Below are positions 7,698 to 16,317 of a stretch of DNA of 64,000 nucleotides, piece by piece. The stretch is from a virus (Duplodnaviria > Caudoviricetes), in IMG/VR virus record IMGVR_UViG_2811995091_000080, positions 1 to 64,000 of that record, one strand, 5' to 3'. Position 1 is the first letter of the stretch; each line of letters begins with the position of its first letter. The notes beneath the pieces were generated by a model. It saw only the letters and a list, made by a program, of their open reading frames with translations, was not told the origin of the DNA and ran no database searches. Made by a program: the position numbers and the translations under genes.

Positions 7698-8599
7698 TGG
7701 CTGAGGACATCATCAAGTATCAGGAGGGCCGAGAGGCAGCGATACGCGGGCGCAAGCTTCGGGTGCTGGATCTCTTCAGCGGCATAGGCGGCTTCTCCCT
7801 CGGCCTTGAACGCGCAACAATGGAAGGTGCTGAGTATGTCGGCTTCGAAACAACGGCGTTCTGCGAAATCGAAGAGTTCCCCCGCAAAGTCCTCGCCAAG
7901 CACTGGCCCGATGTGTCCTGCTACCGAGACGTGCGAGAGCTTACCGCAGAGCGACTTGCTGCCGATGGAATTGCCGTCGATGTCATCTGCGGAGGGTTCC
8001 CCTGCCAGGACCTATCGACGAGCGGAACGGGACTTGGCCTTGCTGGTGAGCGAAGCGGGTTATGGTCTGAGTTCAAGAGGCTCATTCGCGACATTCGACC
8101 AAGCTACGTTGTCTTGGAAAACAGCCCAGAGCTGCTTGATGGGTGGTTGGGAGACGTTGTCGGGCCGCTGGCCTCGTTCGGGTATGACGCGGAGTGGGAC
8201 TGCATACCAGCGAGCGCCGTTGGTGCCCCTCACCGCCGCGACCGCATCTGGCTTATTGCCTACCCCTCTGGCGGGGGACAATCGCAGTCGTGGGGATGTC
8301 TCAACACCGTGCATCCAGCGTCGGATGCGTATCGGGAAGCAGATCATGTTGTCGATGCTGTTCAAAGGCGCGCCCTGCCCTTCGTGTGTGGAAGGCATGA
8401 TGGGCTTCCCGGAGGGGTGGACCGCCTTAAAGCCCTCGGAAACGCAGTAGTGCCCCAAATTCCCGAGCTAATCGGACGGGCAATTCTAGCTGCGCAAAAC
8501 ACCACGATACGCGGGGATAAACGCGACGCACGCAAGCATTCTGACTGGCTGCAAGGCTATGATGCAGTCCGGCCCACCAGCACAGCGGGAAGGGAATAG
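7697..8599 (+). CDS. C5 cytosine DNA methyltransferase, alpha subunit (fused in-frame into a minigene)
   Basis: Motifs I (DLFSGIGG), IV (GGFPCQD), VI (ENS), VIII (HRRDR) and X (LGNAVVP) present. Motif IX absent. Confidence 0.93.
   Translation: MAEDIIKYQEGREAAIRGRKLRVLDLFSGIGGFSLGLERATMEGAEYVGFETTAFCEIEEFPRKVLAKHWPDVSCYRDVRELTAERLAADGIAVDVICGGFPCQDLSTSGTGLGLAGERSGLWSEFKRLIRDIRPSYVVLENSPELLDGWLGDVVGPLASFGYDAEWDCIPASAVGAPHRRDRIWLIAYPSGGGQSQSWGCLNTVHPASDAYREADHVVDAVQRRALPFVCGRHDGLPGGVDRLKALGNAVVPQIPELIGRAILAAQNTTIRGDKRDARKHSDWLQGYDAVRPTSTAGRE
7806..8450 (+). CDS. Nested +1-frame ORF, putative methyltransferase beta subunit carrying motif IX
   Basis: LLPTP and CVEGMMGFPEGWT. True start may be ATG 7965 or 7980. 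Same arrangement in B. Confidence 0.7.
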   Translation: MNAQQWKVLSMSASKQRRSAKSKSSPAKSSPSTGPMCPATETCESLPQSDLLPMELPSMSSAEGSPARTYRRAERDLALLVSEAGYGLSSRGSFATFDQATLSWKTAQSCLMGGWETLSGRWPRSGMTRSGTAYQRAPLVPLTAATASGLLPTPLAGDNRSRGDVSTPCIQRRMRIGKQIMLSMLFKGAPCPSCVEGMMGFPEGWTALKPSETQ

Positions 8600-8602
8600 A
8601 AC

Positions 8603-9190
8603 ATGGCACGACGCGGACGGCCTCGCAAAGCGGGCAAGCGCACAGCAAGCGGACGCCTCAAGGCTCAGCCTGTGACCTTCGACAAGGGCACCGAGCGCAC
8701 ACAGGACAAGTTCAGCGTTTATGGCGCAGACGGGTCCGACGCCATCGGCAGGGCCTACGTCATGGGCCTCCTGGGGGCAGACAGCAACGGGCATCCGACG
8801 AGCGAGGCGCTTGACCTGCGCAACCTCGCCCGCAAGATACACCGCGCCTACTGGCCTATGCTGGCGGTAGGGCGCGAGAAGTCATGCCTTGGCCTCGACA
8901 TCAACGGGCAGGCGGTAAACGACAACCTGCTCGACCCAGAGGAACGCGAATACAAGATCAAGCGCGAAAAGCGCCTGACGGACACCCTGCGGACGGTGGA
9001 GCGGATGTCCCGCCAGCACCGCAAGGCATTCGATGACTTGTGCATCGAGCTGCACCCTGACTGCGGTCCCGTATGGCTGGACGCATTGATCTGGGCAAAG
9101 CGCCACGGCAAGGCTGCGGATCGTGCTGACGAACAGGCGATCAAGCGCGCAATCGAGGCATTGGAACAAATCGGGCCGAAATGGGGATAG
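8603..9190 (+). CDS. Hypothetical protein in the late-activator (Q) position
   Basis: Last early gene before the late promoter, basic N-terminus. Confidence 0.65.
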   Translation: MARRGRPRKAGKRTASGRLKAQPVTFDKGTERTQDKFSVYGADGSDAIGRAYVMGLLGADSNGHPTSEALDLRNLARKIHRAYWPMLAVGREKSCLGLDINGQAVNDNLLDPEEREYKIKREKRLTDTLRTVERMSRQHRKAFDDLCIELHPDCGPVWLDALIWAKRHGKAADRADEQAIKRAIEALEQIGPKWG

Positions 9191-9216
9191 AAACGCAAAC
9201 GGATGCAGAACAGGGG

Positions 9217-9245
9217 TTGACCACTGCCTGAAAAGCTGCTATGCG
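9217..9245 (+). promoter_or_regulatory. Late promoter (pR'-like) of A
   Basis: TTGACC-17-TATGCG. B has TTGACC-17-TATGGG at 51862-51890 with a similar downstream CGGAATTG. Confidence 0.65.
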
Positions 9246-9251
9246 CGTAAA

Positions 9252-9562
9252 TGATATTCGGAATTGTGCCTATTGCCCGTTAGGTGTGAGGCGCAACCGA
9301 AGCGAGATTGCAGGACGGTCCCCGCTCTATAGCGGGCGGTGTGGCTTCCTGCTTCAAGATTGCTGCGGAGTATGCAGGTCGGTTGGGGAACCTGCGCCGG
9401 GTATCGCTTAGCGAGTGGAACCCAACCCCGCCCGGCCCGCAGCATACCATGTTCCCGCTCTGCTTCGGCATCGGGCTTTAAGTCCTAGTTCGCTAGGCCG
9501 CAGGGATGGCCTCCTGCGTAGGCCCTCCCCTCTGTTGCCACGGCACAAGGGAGGGCATTTTT
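9252..9562 (+). ncRNA. Candidate structured late-leader RNA of A
   Basis: Consecutive hairpins, a three-way junction at 9361-9444, two UUCG tetraloops, ends at a terminator. Confidence 0.45.
9522..9562 (+). terminator. Intrinsic terminator (tR'-like)
   Basis: GCCCTCCC...GGGAGGGC followed by ATTTTT. Confidence 0.65.
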
Positions 9563-9671
9563 GCATTGGCCAGCGTCCTTATTGCGACAAGGCCAGCCCG
9601 CACCTCGAAAAGCACCGATCACGGACCCTAGTGGGATAGCGTTGGTAGCGGGCAAACATACGGAGGGCCTG

Positions 9672-9932
9672 ATGGACCTCAAGCACTTCGAGAAAGCGAT
9701 AGAGGATCTGCGCAAGGCCAATGAGTGCTGCGCGGCTGCTGCTATGGACGTTGCCGACGTAGAGGGCTGCATCGAGGTGTATCAGCGGAAACTGGAGGCG
9801 TCGAAGGAACGGCTTGCTGAGCAGGCCAAGCTGGCGTCGGATGCTCGCAAGCGCGTTGACGCAATGGTCGAGGTGGCAGTCGAGCCTGCGATACTGATGC
9901 TGTGTGATGGCGCACCAAGTGGCAAAGCGTAA
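9672..9932 (+). CDS. Hypothetical coiled-coil protein
   Basis: RBS GGAGG, MDLKHFEK start. Confidence 0.55.
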   Translation: MDLKHFEKAIEDLRKANECCAAAAMDVADVEGCIEVYQRKLEASKERLAEQAKLASDARKRVDAMVEVAVEPAILMLCDGAPSGKA

Positions 9933-10118
9933 CCGGTCACAACGGCGACGGGATGCCGAGAGGGAGCGGCGCGATGACTGAACTGGTCCACCGAGTTAAC
10001 ACCAAGGCCATTGTGATCCGCATCAAGGTGCCCCGCTCGTTCGGGGTCCGCATGTGGATTGGCACCAAGCTGCTTCACATAGCTGCGATGGTGCTGCCCG
10101 TTACGGTAGAGGTTAGTG

Positions 10119-10364
10119 ATGACTGAGGCCCCTGCCGCATACTCTGTTGACGATCTGCGCTTTGACCCTGCAATCGGCGCGCGTCTCGACATCATGCTAG
10201 ACGGTAAACCGGTCACCAAGGTGGTCGCATACGACACGATCAAGGGCCAAGTTCTACGCCTCAAGACTGGCGAGGACGGCAACCTTGTCCTGAATGCGGC
10301 CCGCGACGATGTTGTGCGCGAACTGCTAGAGGGCAAGGTAGAGGCTAGACTGCGCAGTGAGTAA
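10119..10364 (+). CDS. Hypothetical protein
   Basis: ORF with RBS, just before the packaging HNH. Confidence 0.55.
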   Translation: MTEAPAAYSVDDLRFDPAIGARLDIMLDGKPVTKVVAYDTIKGQVLRLKTGEDGNLVLNAARDDVVRELLEGKVEARLRSE

Positions 10365-10399
10365 GCAGCGGATGCCCTACAACACGGCACGCTGGAAGC

Positions 10400-10720
10400 A
10401 TGGCTAAGGCTCCGCCGGTCTTCATGAAGCGCCCAGAGCGCAAGGCGTGGAGGCCAGAGAGTAAGCGCGACACAAACCGCATTAGGGGCAGCATGGGGCA
10501 AAAGCTGCGCAAGAGGCGCATGGAGCGCACTAACTGGCTTTGTGAGGATTGCTCGGCAAAGGGCCTAGTCCGTGCCGCTGACGTAGTGGACCACATCAAG
10601 CCATTGGCTCTTGGCGGCGAGGATGTTGACAGCAACACACGTAATTTATGCAATGACTGCCATAAGGTCCGCACCAAGGAGCAGTTTGGGCGTAATACCC
10701 CGCCCCCCACCAAAAGTTGA
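10400..10720 (+). CDS. Terminase-associated HNH endonuclease (HK97 gp74-like)
   Basis: CEDC...VDHIKPL..GG....N...LC..CH. Precedes cos and terS. Confidence 0.9.
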   Translation: MAKAPPVFMKRPERKAWRPESKRDTNRIRGSMGQKLRKRRMERTNWLCEDCSAKGLVRAADVVDHIKPLALGGEDVDSNTRNLCNDCHKVRTKEQFGRNTPPPTKS

Positions 10721-10759
10721 CAGACTGCGACCCTAGACACCGCCGCCCCAGCAACATTT
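10713..10759. other. Putative cos region of A (candidate cosN CGCCGCCCC, 10741-10749)
   Basis: Lies between HNH and terS. Identical 47-nt block in B at 53421-53467. Confidence 0.6.
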
Positions 10760-10793
10760 CTATTCCTGCATAATTCGTTCGGAGGTTTTGACG

Positions 10794-11195
10794 ATGGCTC
10801 GACCACGCAAACCGACGCACCTCCACGTGGTCAGCGGGTCGGCAAAGACCAACCCCGGCAGGCTGGCTGATAGAGAGGCGGAGCCTGTGGCTGACGATGA
10901 CATTCGCGGGATCGAGGCTCCGGATTATCTGGACGAAGGGCTTGCGGCAATTTGGCGCGAGGTGGCCGGGATGCTTCACGCGAGGGTCGCGTCCAACCCG
11001 GACATGATCGCGCTGGAGGCCCTTGTTAGGCTGGTCGCGCGGATGCGGACTGGCGAGATGTCGGCAGCGGACTACGCGCGCTTGCAAGGCTACCTTGGAG
11101 AGTTCGGCATGACGCCCGCTAGTCGGTCGAAGGTATCGCAGGGCAAGAAGGCGGTCGAGAAGAAGGGCTTCGCCGCGCTTAAGGGTGCCGGGTGA
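10794..11195 (+). CDS. terS: Terminase small subunit (P27 family)
   Basis: RPRKPT N-terminus, EFGMTPASRSK C-terminus. Confidence 0.88.
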   Translation: MARPRKPTHLHVVSGSAKTNPGRLADREAEPVADDDIRGIEAPDYLDEGLAAIWREVAGMLHARVASNPDMIALEALVRLVARMRTGEMSAADYARLQGYLGEFGMTPASRSKVSQGKKAVEKKGFAALKGAG

Positions 11196-12868
11196 CGTTC
11201 ACCGAACGCGCTAAGGCCTACGCCTCAGCAATTGCGAAAGGCGAGATTGACGCTTGCCGACTGGTTCGGCTTTCGTGCCAGCGGTTCTTGGACGACATCG
11301 AACGTAAGGATTGGAAGTTCAAGCCCGAGCTGGTGGAGCGGGTCTGCGGCTTCGCGGAATTGATGCCGCACGTTAAAGGCAAGTGGGCGCGGACGCGAGA
11401 GTTCATCAAGCTTGAAGACTGGCAAGTCTTCATCTTGGCTTGCCTGTTCGGGTTTGTTGACGGCGAAGGGCGGCGGCGGTTCCGCCAAGCCTACATCATG
11501 CTGCCGAGAAAGCAGGGCAAGTCAATCCTCGCTGCGGTGATCGGCCTCTATATGCTGACCCTCGATGGCGAGGCAGGGGCGGAGGTCTATTGCGGCGCGA
11601 CTAGCGAGGCGCAGGCTTGGGAAGTGTTCCGGCCCGCTAAGCAGATGGCGCAGCAGGCGGGTGAAACTCCCGGCGAGTTCTTGGCGGAGTTCGACGCGGA
11701 TGTTGCGGCGAAGTCGATCTACACAGCAGACGGCTCCCGCTTTCAGCCGGTGATCGGCAAGCCGGGGGACGGTAGTTCGCCGCATTGCGCTATCATTGAC
11801 GAATACCACGAACACGACACGCCCGACCAGTTCGACACGATGCTGACCGGCATGGGCGCTCGCGAGCAACCGCTGGCGCTGGTGATTACTACGGCAGGCG
11901 ATAACGTTGGCGGCCCCTGCCACGACATGCAGAAGTTTGCCGAGGATGTGCTGGAGGGCGTGATCGGAGACGATCAGTTCTTCGGTATCATCTACACGAT
12001 AGACAAGGCGGACGACTGGCGCGACTTCGACGTTTGGAAGAAGGCCAACCCGAACCTTGGCGTCTCGATCTTCGAGGACTTTCTAAGGGCGCGGCACCAA
12101 GAGGCGATCAACCGGCCCTCAAAGCAGGGTATCAACCTGACGAAGCACCTCAACGTGTGGGTTTCGTCGCGCGATGCCTGGTTGAATATGTCTGATTGGC
12201 AGGCGTGCGCCGATGGCGGGCTGACGCTGGATGAGATGGCGGGGTGCGAGGCATGGATCGGCCTCGACCTTGCAACGAAGGTGGACGTTGCTGCGCTGGT
12301 CGCAAAGATCAGGATGGCAGACGGGCGCTTTGCCTACTGGCCGTTTTTCTATCTGCCTGAAGCGCAGGTTCTAGAGGGCAAGTCAAAGAACTCGGCGGCG
12401 TATGGCGGTTGGGCGGCATCGGGCCATCTGAACCTGACGCCGGGGGACGCAACAGATTTTGAGTATGTGGCCGAAGACATTCGGAAGCTGGCGAAGCTTC
12501 TGGATGTGCAGGCCTTGGGCTTTGACCCGTATCAGGGTCATCATCTTTCACAGCAGCTTATGAGTGAAGGGCTGCCGGTTATCGAATACCCGATGCAGAC
12601 GCGCACGCTGTCCCCGCCCATGCGGGAGATGGAGGCGGCGATTGCGGCGAAGAGGCGTGTTCACCCCGGCAACCCGATGTTCGACTGGATGGCTTCCAAC
12701 GTTACGGCGAAGGAAGACGGGCGCGGCAATATCTATCCGCGCAAACCGCACGGGCAGGACCACCTGAAGATCGACGGAATAACGGCTGCGCTGATGGCGG
12801 AGGGACTGAGCATGGAAGAAACCGAAGGCCGCTCCGTTTATGAAGAGCGCGGGATCTTGGTGTTCTGA
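11192..12868 (+). CDS. terL: Terminase large subunit
   Basis: PRKQGKS Walker A, IIDEYH Walker B, GLDLA and KIDG nuclease motifs. Confidence 0.96.
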   Translation: MTFTERAKAYASAIAKGEIDACRLVRLSCQRFLDDIERKDWKFKPELVERVCGFAELMPHVKGKWARTREFIKLEDWQVFILACLFGFVDGEGRRRFRQAYIMLPRKQGKSILAAVIGLYMLTLDGEAGAEVYCGATSEAQAWEVFRPAKQMAQQAGETPGEFLAEFDADVAAKSIYTADGSRFQPVIGKPGDGSSPHCAIIDEYHEHDTPDQFDTMLTGMGAREQPLALVITTAGDNVGGPCHDMQKFAEDVLEGVIGDDQFFGIIYTIDKADDWRDFDVWKKANPNLGVSIFEDFLRARHQEAINRPSKQGINLTKHLNVWVSSRDAWLNMSDWQACADGGLTLDEMAGCEAWIGLDLATKVDVAALVAKIRMADGRFAYWPFFYLPEAQVLEGKSKNSAAYGGWAASGHLNLTPGDATDFEYVAEDIRKLAKLLDVQALGFDPYQGHHLSQQLMSEGLPVIEYPMQTRTLSPPMREMEAAIAAKRRVHPGNPMFDWMASNVTAKEDGRGNIYPRKPHGQDHLKIDGITAALMAEGLSMEETEGRSVYEERGILVF

Positions 12869-14136
12869 TGGGCTTTTTGACACGCATCTCGGACTGGATT
12901 GACCCGCCTAGCGTCGAGCCTACGGCAGTTGCGCCTACGGTTCCGGTGCAGGCTTATTCGGTGATCGACCTCGCGAGCGATGCAGGCCTAGAGGACTTCC
13001 TGCGCAACGGTAGCGGCAATCTTGCCGGTGCCACGATGAACCGCAAGACCGTGATGCGGAACACCGCTGTTAAACGCAGTGTCAACCTCATCTCGAATGT
13101 CATGGGTATGCTGCCCCTGCACCTTTTGCAGAAGGCGGATGGCGGGGATGACAAGAAGGCCCGCGACCACGCGCTGTTCGAGATTCTTGCCGACAAGACG
13201 AACACACAGCAGGACGCTTTTCAGTTTCGCCGCCTTGTGCAGCGTTGGGCGCTGGTCGATGGCAATGGCTATGCCGAAGTGCTGCGCTCGCGCGGACGTA
13301 TTACCGGATTGATGCCGATACACCCTAGCAAGGTGCAAAAGCGCGAGAACTGGGGCGACCCTTACAAGGTCAACAACTCCAACGGCGGCACGCGGGTCAT
13401 CGCGCCCGAGAATATGTTTCACCTTATGGGTGATAGCGACGATGGCCTTAACGGTATCTCGCTGCTCGATGAGGCTGCGGATGCTCTGGGCCTCGCGTTG
13501 CAGGCCGACAAAGCGGCTGCGCGGCTGTTCAAGCATGGCGCACTAATCCGCGATGTGCTGTCCAAGGAAGGCAAGCTGAGTAAGGAAGCTATAGCCAACC
13601 TGAAAGAGAGCCTTGGCGATGAATACGGCGGTTCGGACAACGCCAACCGCACCTTGGTCCTCGAAGAGGGCCTTAAATACCAATCCGTGCAGGCGAACGC
13701 GAAGGACAGCCAGCACCTAGAAACCCGCGACCACCAGATCGAGGAAATCGCCCGCGTGTTCGGGATGCCGCGCCCGTTCCTGATGATGGACGATACAAGC
13801 TGGGGCAGCGGGATCGAGCAGCTTGGCATCTACTTCACAACCTACACGCTCGCGCCGTGGCTCAAAGCTTGGGAATCGGCAATCAGCCGCATTCTCCTAA
13901 CCAACGAAGAGCGCCGAAGCGGGCTTTATCCGAAGTTCAATGAGCGTGCCTTGCTGCGCGGTTCGATGGCCGACCAGGCCGAGTTCTTCAGCAAGATGAT
14001 GGGTTCCGGCGGCTCGCCGCAGATCATGGAACAAAATGAGGCTCGGGCGCTGCTCGACCTTCCCGAGCACCCGGAAGGTTCCGGGCTTAATAGCGGTGCA
14101 GTCAATGGAGGTGGCGACAATGCCCCGACCGAATAA
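12868..14136 (+). CDS. Portal protein, HK97 family
   Basis: GISLL...A, LEEGLKY, EEIARVFGMP, NEAR motifs. Position after terL. Confidence 0.95.
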   Translation: MGFLTRISDWIDPPSVEPTAVAPTVPVQAYSVIDLASDAGLEDFLRNGSGNLAGATMNRKTVMRNTAVKRSVNLISNVMGMLPLHLLQKADGGDDKKARDHALFEILADKTNTQQDAFQFRRLVQRWALVDGNGYAEVLRSRGRITGLMPIHPSKVQKRENWGDPYKVNNSNGGTRVIAPENMFHLMGDSDDGLNGISLLDEAADALGLALQADKAAARLFKHGALIRDVLSKEGKLSKEAIANLKESLGDEYGGSDNANRTLVLEEGLKYQSVQANAKDSQHLETRDHQIEEIARVFGMPRPFLMMDDTSWGSGIEQLGIYFTTYTLAPWLKAWESAISRILLTNEERRSGLYPKFNERALLRGSMADQAEFFSKMMGSGGSPQIMEQNEARALLDLPEHPEGSGLNSGAVNGGGDNAPTE

Positions 14137-14953
14137 GATCCGTCTCAACACCAGCCAGAAGGTTACGGCCCTCACCAGCGAGGGCGCGCTTGATCGCTGG
14201 CAGCCTGCCATTCAGGCGGCAGTCGAGGATGACAACACGATTAGCGTTTATGACGTTATCGGTGAGGACTTCTGGACCGGCGAAGGCGTGACGGTGAAGC
14301 GGATCGACGCGGCCCTTCGCAAGATCGGCAACCGTGACGTTGTGGTCAATATCAACAGCCCCGGCGGCGATGTCTTCGAGGGCATCGCGATCTACAATCG
14401 CCTGCGCGAGCATCCGGCGAAGGTGCAGGTCAAGGTGATGGGCCTCGCCGCTTCCGCCGCCTCGATTATCGCGATGGCTGGCGATGAGGTGCAGATTGGC
14501 GAAGCGTCTTTCCTGATGATCCATAACGCTTGGGTCATGGCAGTGGGCAACCAGTTTGACCTGCGCGAAGTCGCTGACTTCCTCGCACCGTTCGATGAGG
14601 CCCTGCGCGATGTTTACGTGCAGCGAACCGGCACCGACGCAAGCGAGGTTGAGGCCATGATGAAGGCTGAAACTTGGATTAGCGGCAAGAAGGCTGTTGA
14701 AACCGGCTTTGCCGACACGCTGCTGAGCGCGGATGAAACCAAGCAGGTCGAGAATGCGGCGAACCCGCAGGTCAATGCCTTGCGCCGCGCTGAAGCCAAT
14801 CTTTGCAAGGAAATGCCCCGCTCGGCGGCGCGTGACCTGCTCAACCAGATCAAGGGCAAGCAAGACGCTGCCCCTGACCCCGCCACGCAGGACGCTGGCG
14901 ACCCTGAACTGTCCACCGCCCTTGCTGGGTTGCTGGATACCATTCGGGCCTAG
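14120..14953 (+). CDS. ClpP-like (S14) head maturation protease
   Basis: INSPGGDVFEG, GLAASAASII, MIHN, ETW. Confidence 0.93.
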   Translation: MPRPNKIRLNTSQKVTALTSEGALDRWQPAIQAAVEDDNTISVYDVIGEDFWTGEGVTVKRIDAALRKIGNRDVVVNINSPGGDVFEGIAIYNRLREHPAKVQVKVMGLAASAASIIAMAGDEVQIGEASFLMIHNAWVMAVGNQFDLREVADFLAPFDEALRDVYVQRTGTDASEVEAMMKAETWISGKKAVETGFADTLLSADETKQVENAANPQVNALRRAEANLCKEMPRSAARDLLNQIKGKQDAAPDPATQDAGDPELSTALAGLLDTIRA

Positions 14954-14982
14954 CGCCCATTTTCACGACAGGAAGTAACACA

Positions 14983-16230
14983 ATGACTAAGATGATCGCT
15001 GGCGCGGGTCTTGCCGCCCTCGCCGCTAACGCTCCGCGTGGCCTTGTTGCCATGCCACGTGCCGAAGCCAACGACCCGAAGGCTCTGGTCGCTCAGCTCA
15101 ACAACGCCTTTGAAGAGTTCAAGGCTGCTCAGGACGAGAAGCTTGCCGCCAAGGCAGACGATGTTGTCCTGAACGAGAAGGTTGACCGCCTCAACAACGC
15201 AATGTCGGACATTGAGGCTGCGCTGAACGAGAAGATCGCCGCTGCGCAGACCGTCAGCCCGCAGGGTGACATGAAGCCGACCGACCCTGAATACCTGAAC
15301 GCCTTTAAGGCGCACATGCGTAAGGGTGATGTCCAGGCTGCCATGACCGTTGGCACCGACGCAGACGGTGGCTACCTCGCTCCGGTCGAGTGGGATCGCA
15401 CCGTCACTAATGCGCTGAAGCAGCGTTCGCCCATCCGCGACAATGCCCAGGTCATCACGATCAGCGGAACCGGCTTTAGCCGCGTTTACAATGATGGTGT
15501 GGTCGGCAGTGGTTGGGTCGGTGAAACCGCCGCCCGTCCCGAGACCTCTACTCCGGGCCTGTCCACCCTCAACTTCGAGACCGGCGAACTCTACGCTAAC
15601 CCCGCGATTTCGCAGAAGGCGCTGGATGACGTTGCAATCGACCTTGAAGGCTGGATTCGTGACGAGGTTTCGGGCGAGTTCGCCATTCAGGAAAACATCG
15701 CTTTCCTGAGCGGCAACGGCACGAACAAGCCGTTCGGCATCCTCACCTACGTCACGGGCGCGACCAACGCTACGAAGCACCCGTTCGGCGCTATCGCAGC
15801 CGTGAACGGCACCGGCACCTCGCTCACTGACAGCGATGACCTGCTGAGTGTCATCTACGACCTGCCGAGTGAGCGCAACGGCAACGCCAAGTGGTACATG
15901 AACCGCAGCACGCTGGGCGTGATCCGCACCCTGAAGGACGGTAACGACAACTACCTGTGGCAGCCTTCGTATCAGGCTGACCAGCCTTCTTCGCTCGCCG
16001 GTTATTCGGTGGTCGAGGTTCCGGGTATGCCTGACATCGGCGCAAGCGCGGTTCCGGCTCTCTTCGGTGATATGGCGATGACCTATCTGGTTGTCGATCG
16101 CGTGGGCCTTCGCGTCCTGCGTGACCCGTTCACCAACAAGCCGTTCGTCCACTTCTACACGACTAAAAGGGTCGGGGGTGGAGTCCAAAATCCTGAGTAC
16201 ATGCGCGCGCTTAAGATGGCAGCGGCTTGA
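14983..16230 (+). CDS. Major capsid protein, HK97 fold
   Basis: DGGYLAP, G.G..KPFGIL, LWQPS, RVGG motifs. Confidence 0.96.
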   Translation: MTKMIAGAGLAALAANAPRGLVAMPRAEANDPKALVAQLNNAFEEFKAAQDEKLAAKADDVVLNEKVDRLNNAMSDIEAALNEKIAAAQTVSPQGDMKPTDPEYLNAFKAHMRKGDVQAAMTVGTDADGGYLAPVEWDRTVTNALKQRSPIRDNAQVITISGTGFSRVYNDGVVGSGWVGETAARPETSTPGLSTLNFETGELYANPAISQKALDDVAIDLEGWIRDEVSGEFAIQENIAFLSGNGTNKPFGILTYVTGATNATKHPFGAIAAVNGTGTSLTDSDDLLSVIYDLPSERNGNAKWYMNRSTLGVIRTLKDGNDNYLWQPSYQADQPSSLAGYSVVEVPGMPDIGASAVPALFGDMAMTYLVVDRVGLRVLRDPFTNKPFVHFYTTKRVGGGVQNPEYMRALKMAAA

Positions 16231-16317
16231 TTAATACTCCGATTTTGCTATGACGAAGGGGCGGAACTGCTGGTAACAGTCCGCCCCTTCTAACCAACCG
16301 AACGTACGAGGTTCGAT

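Noticed and set aside
9208-9222. GAAC-N7-GACC near-match to a LexA box at A's late promoter, and GAAC-N7-AAAC at 35509-35523
   Set aside because: Each has one mismatch, the first is not conserved in B, and such near-matches are common by chance.
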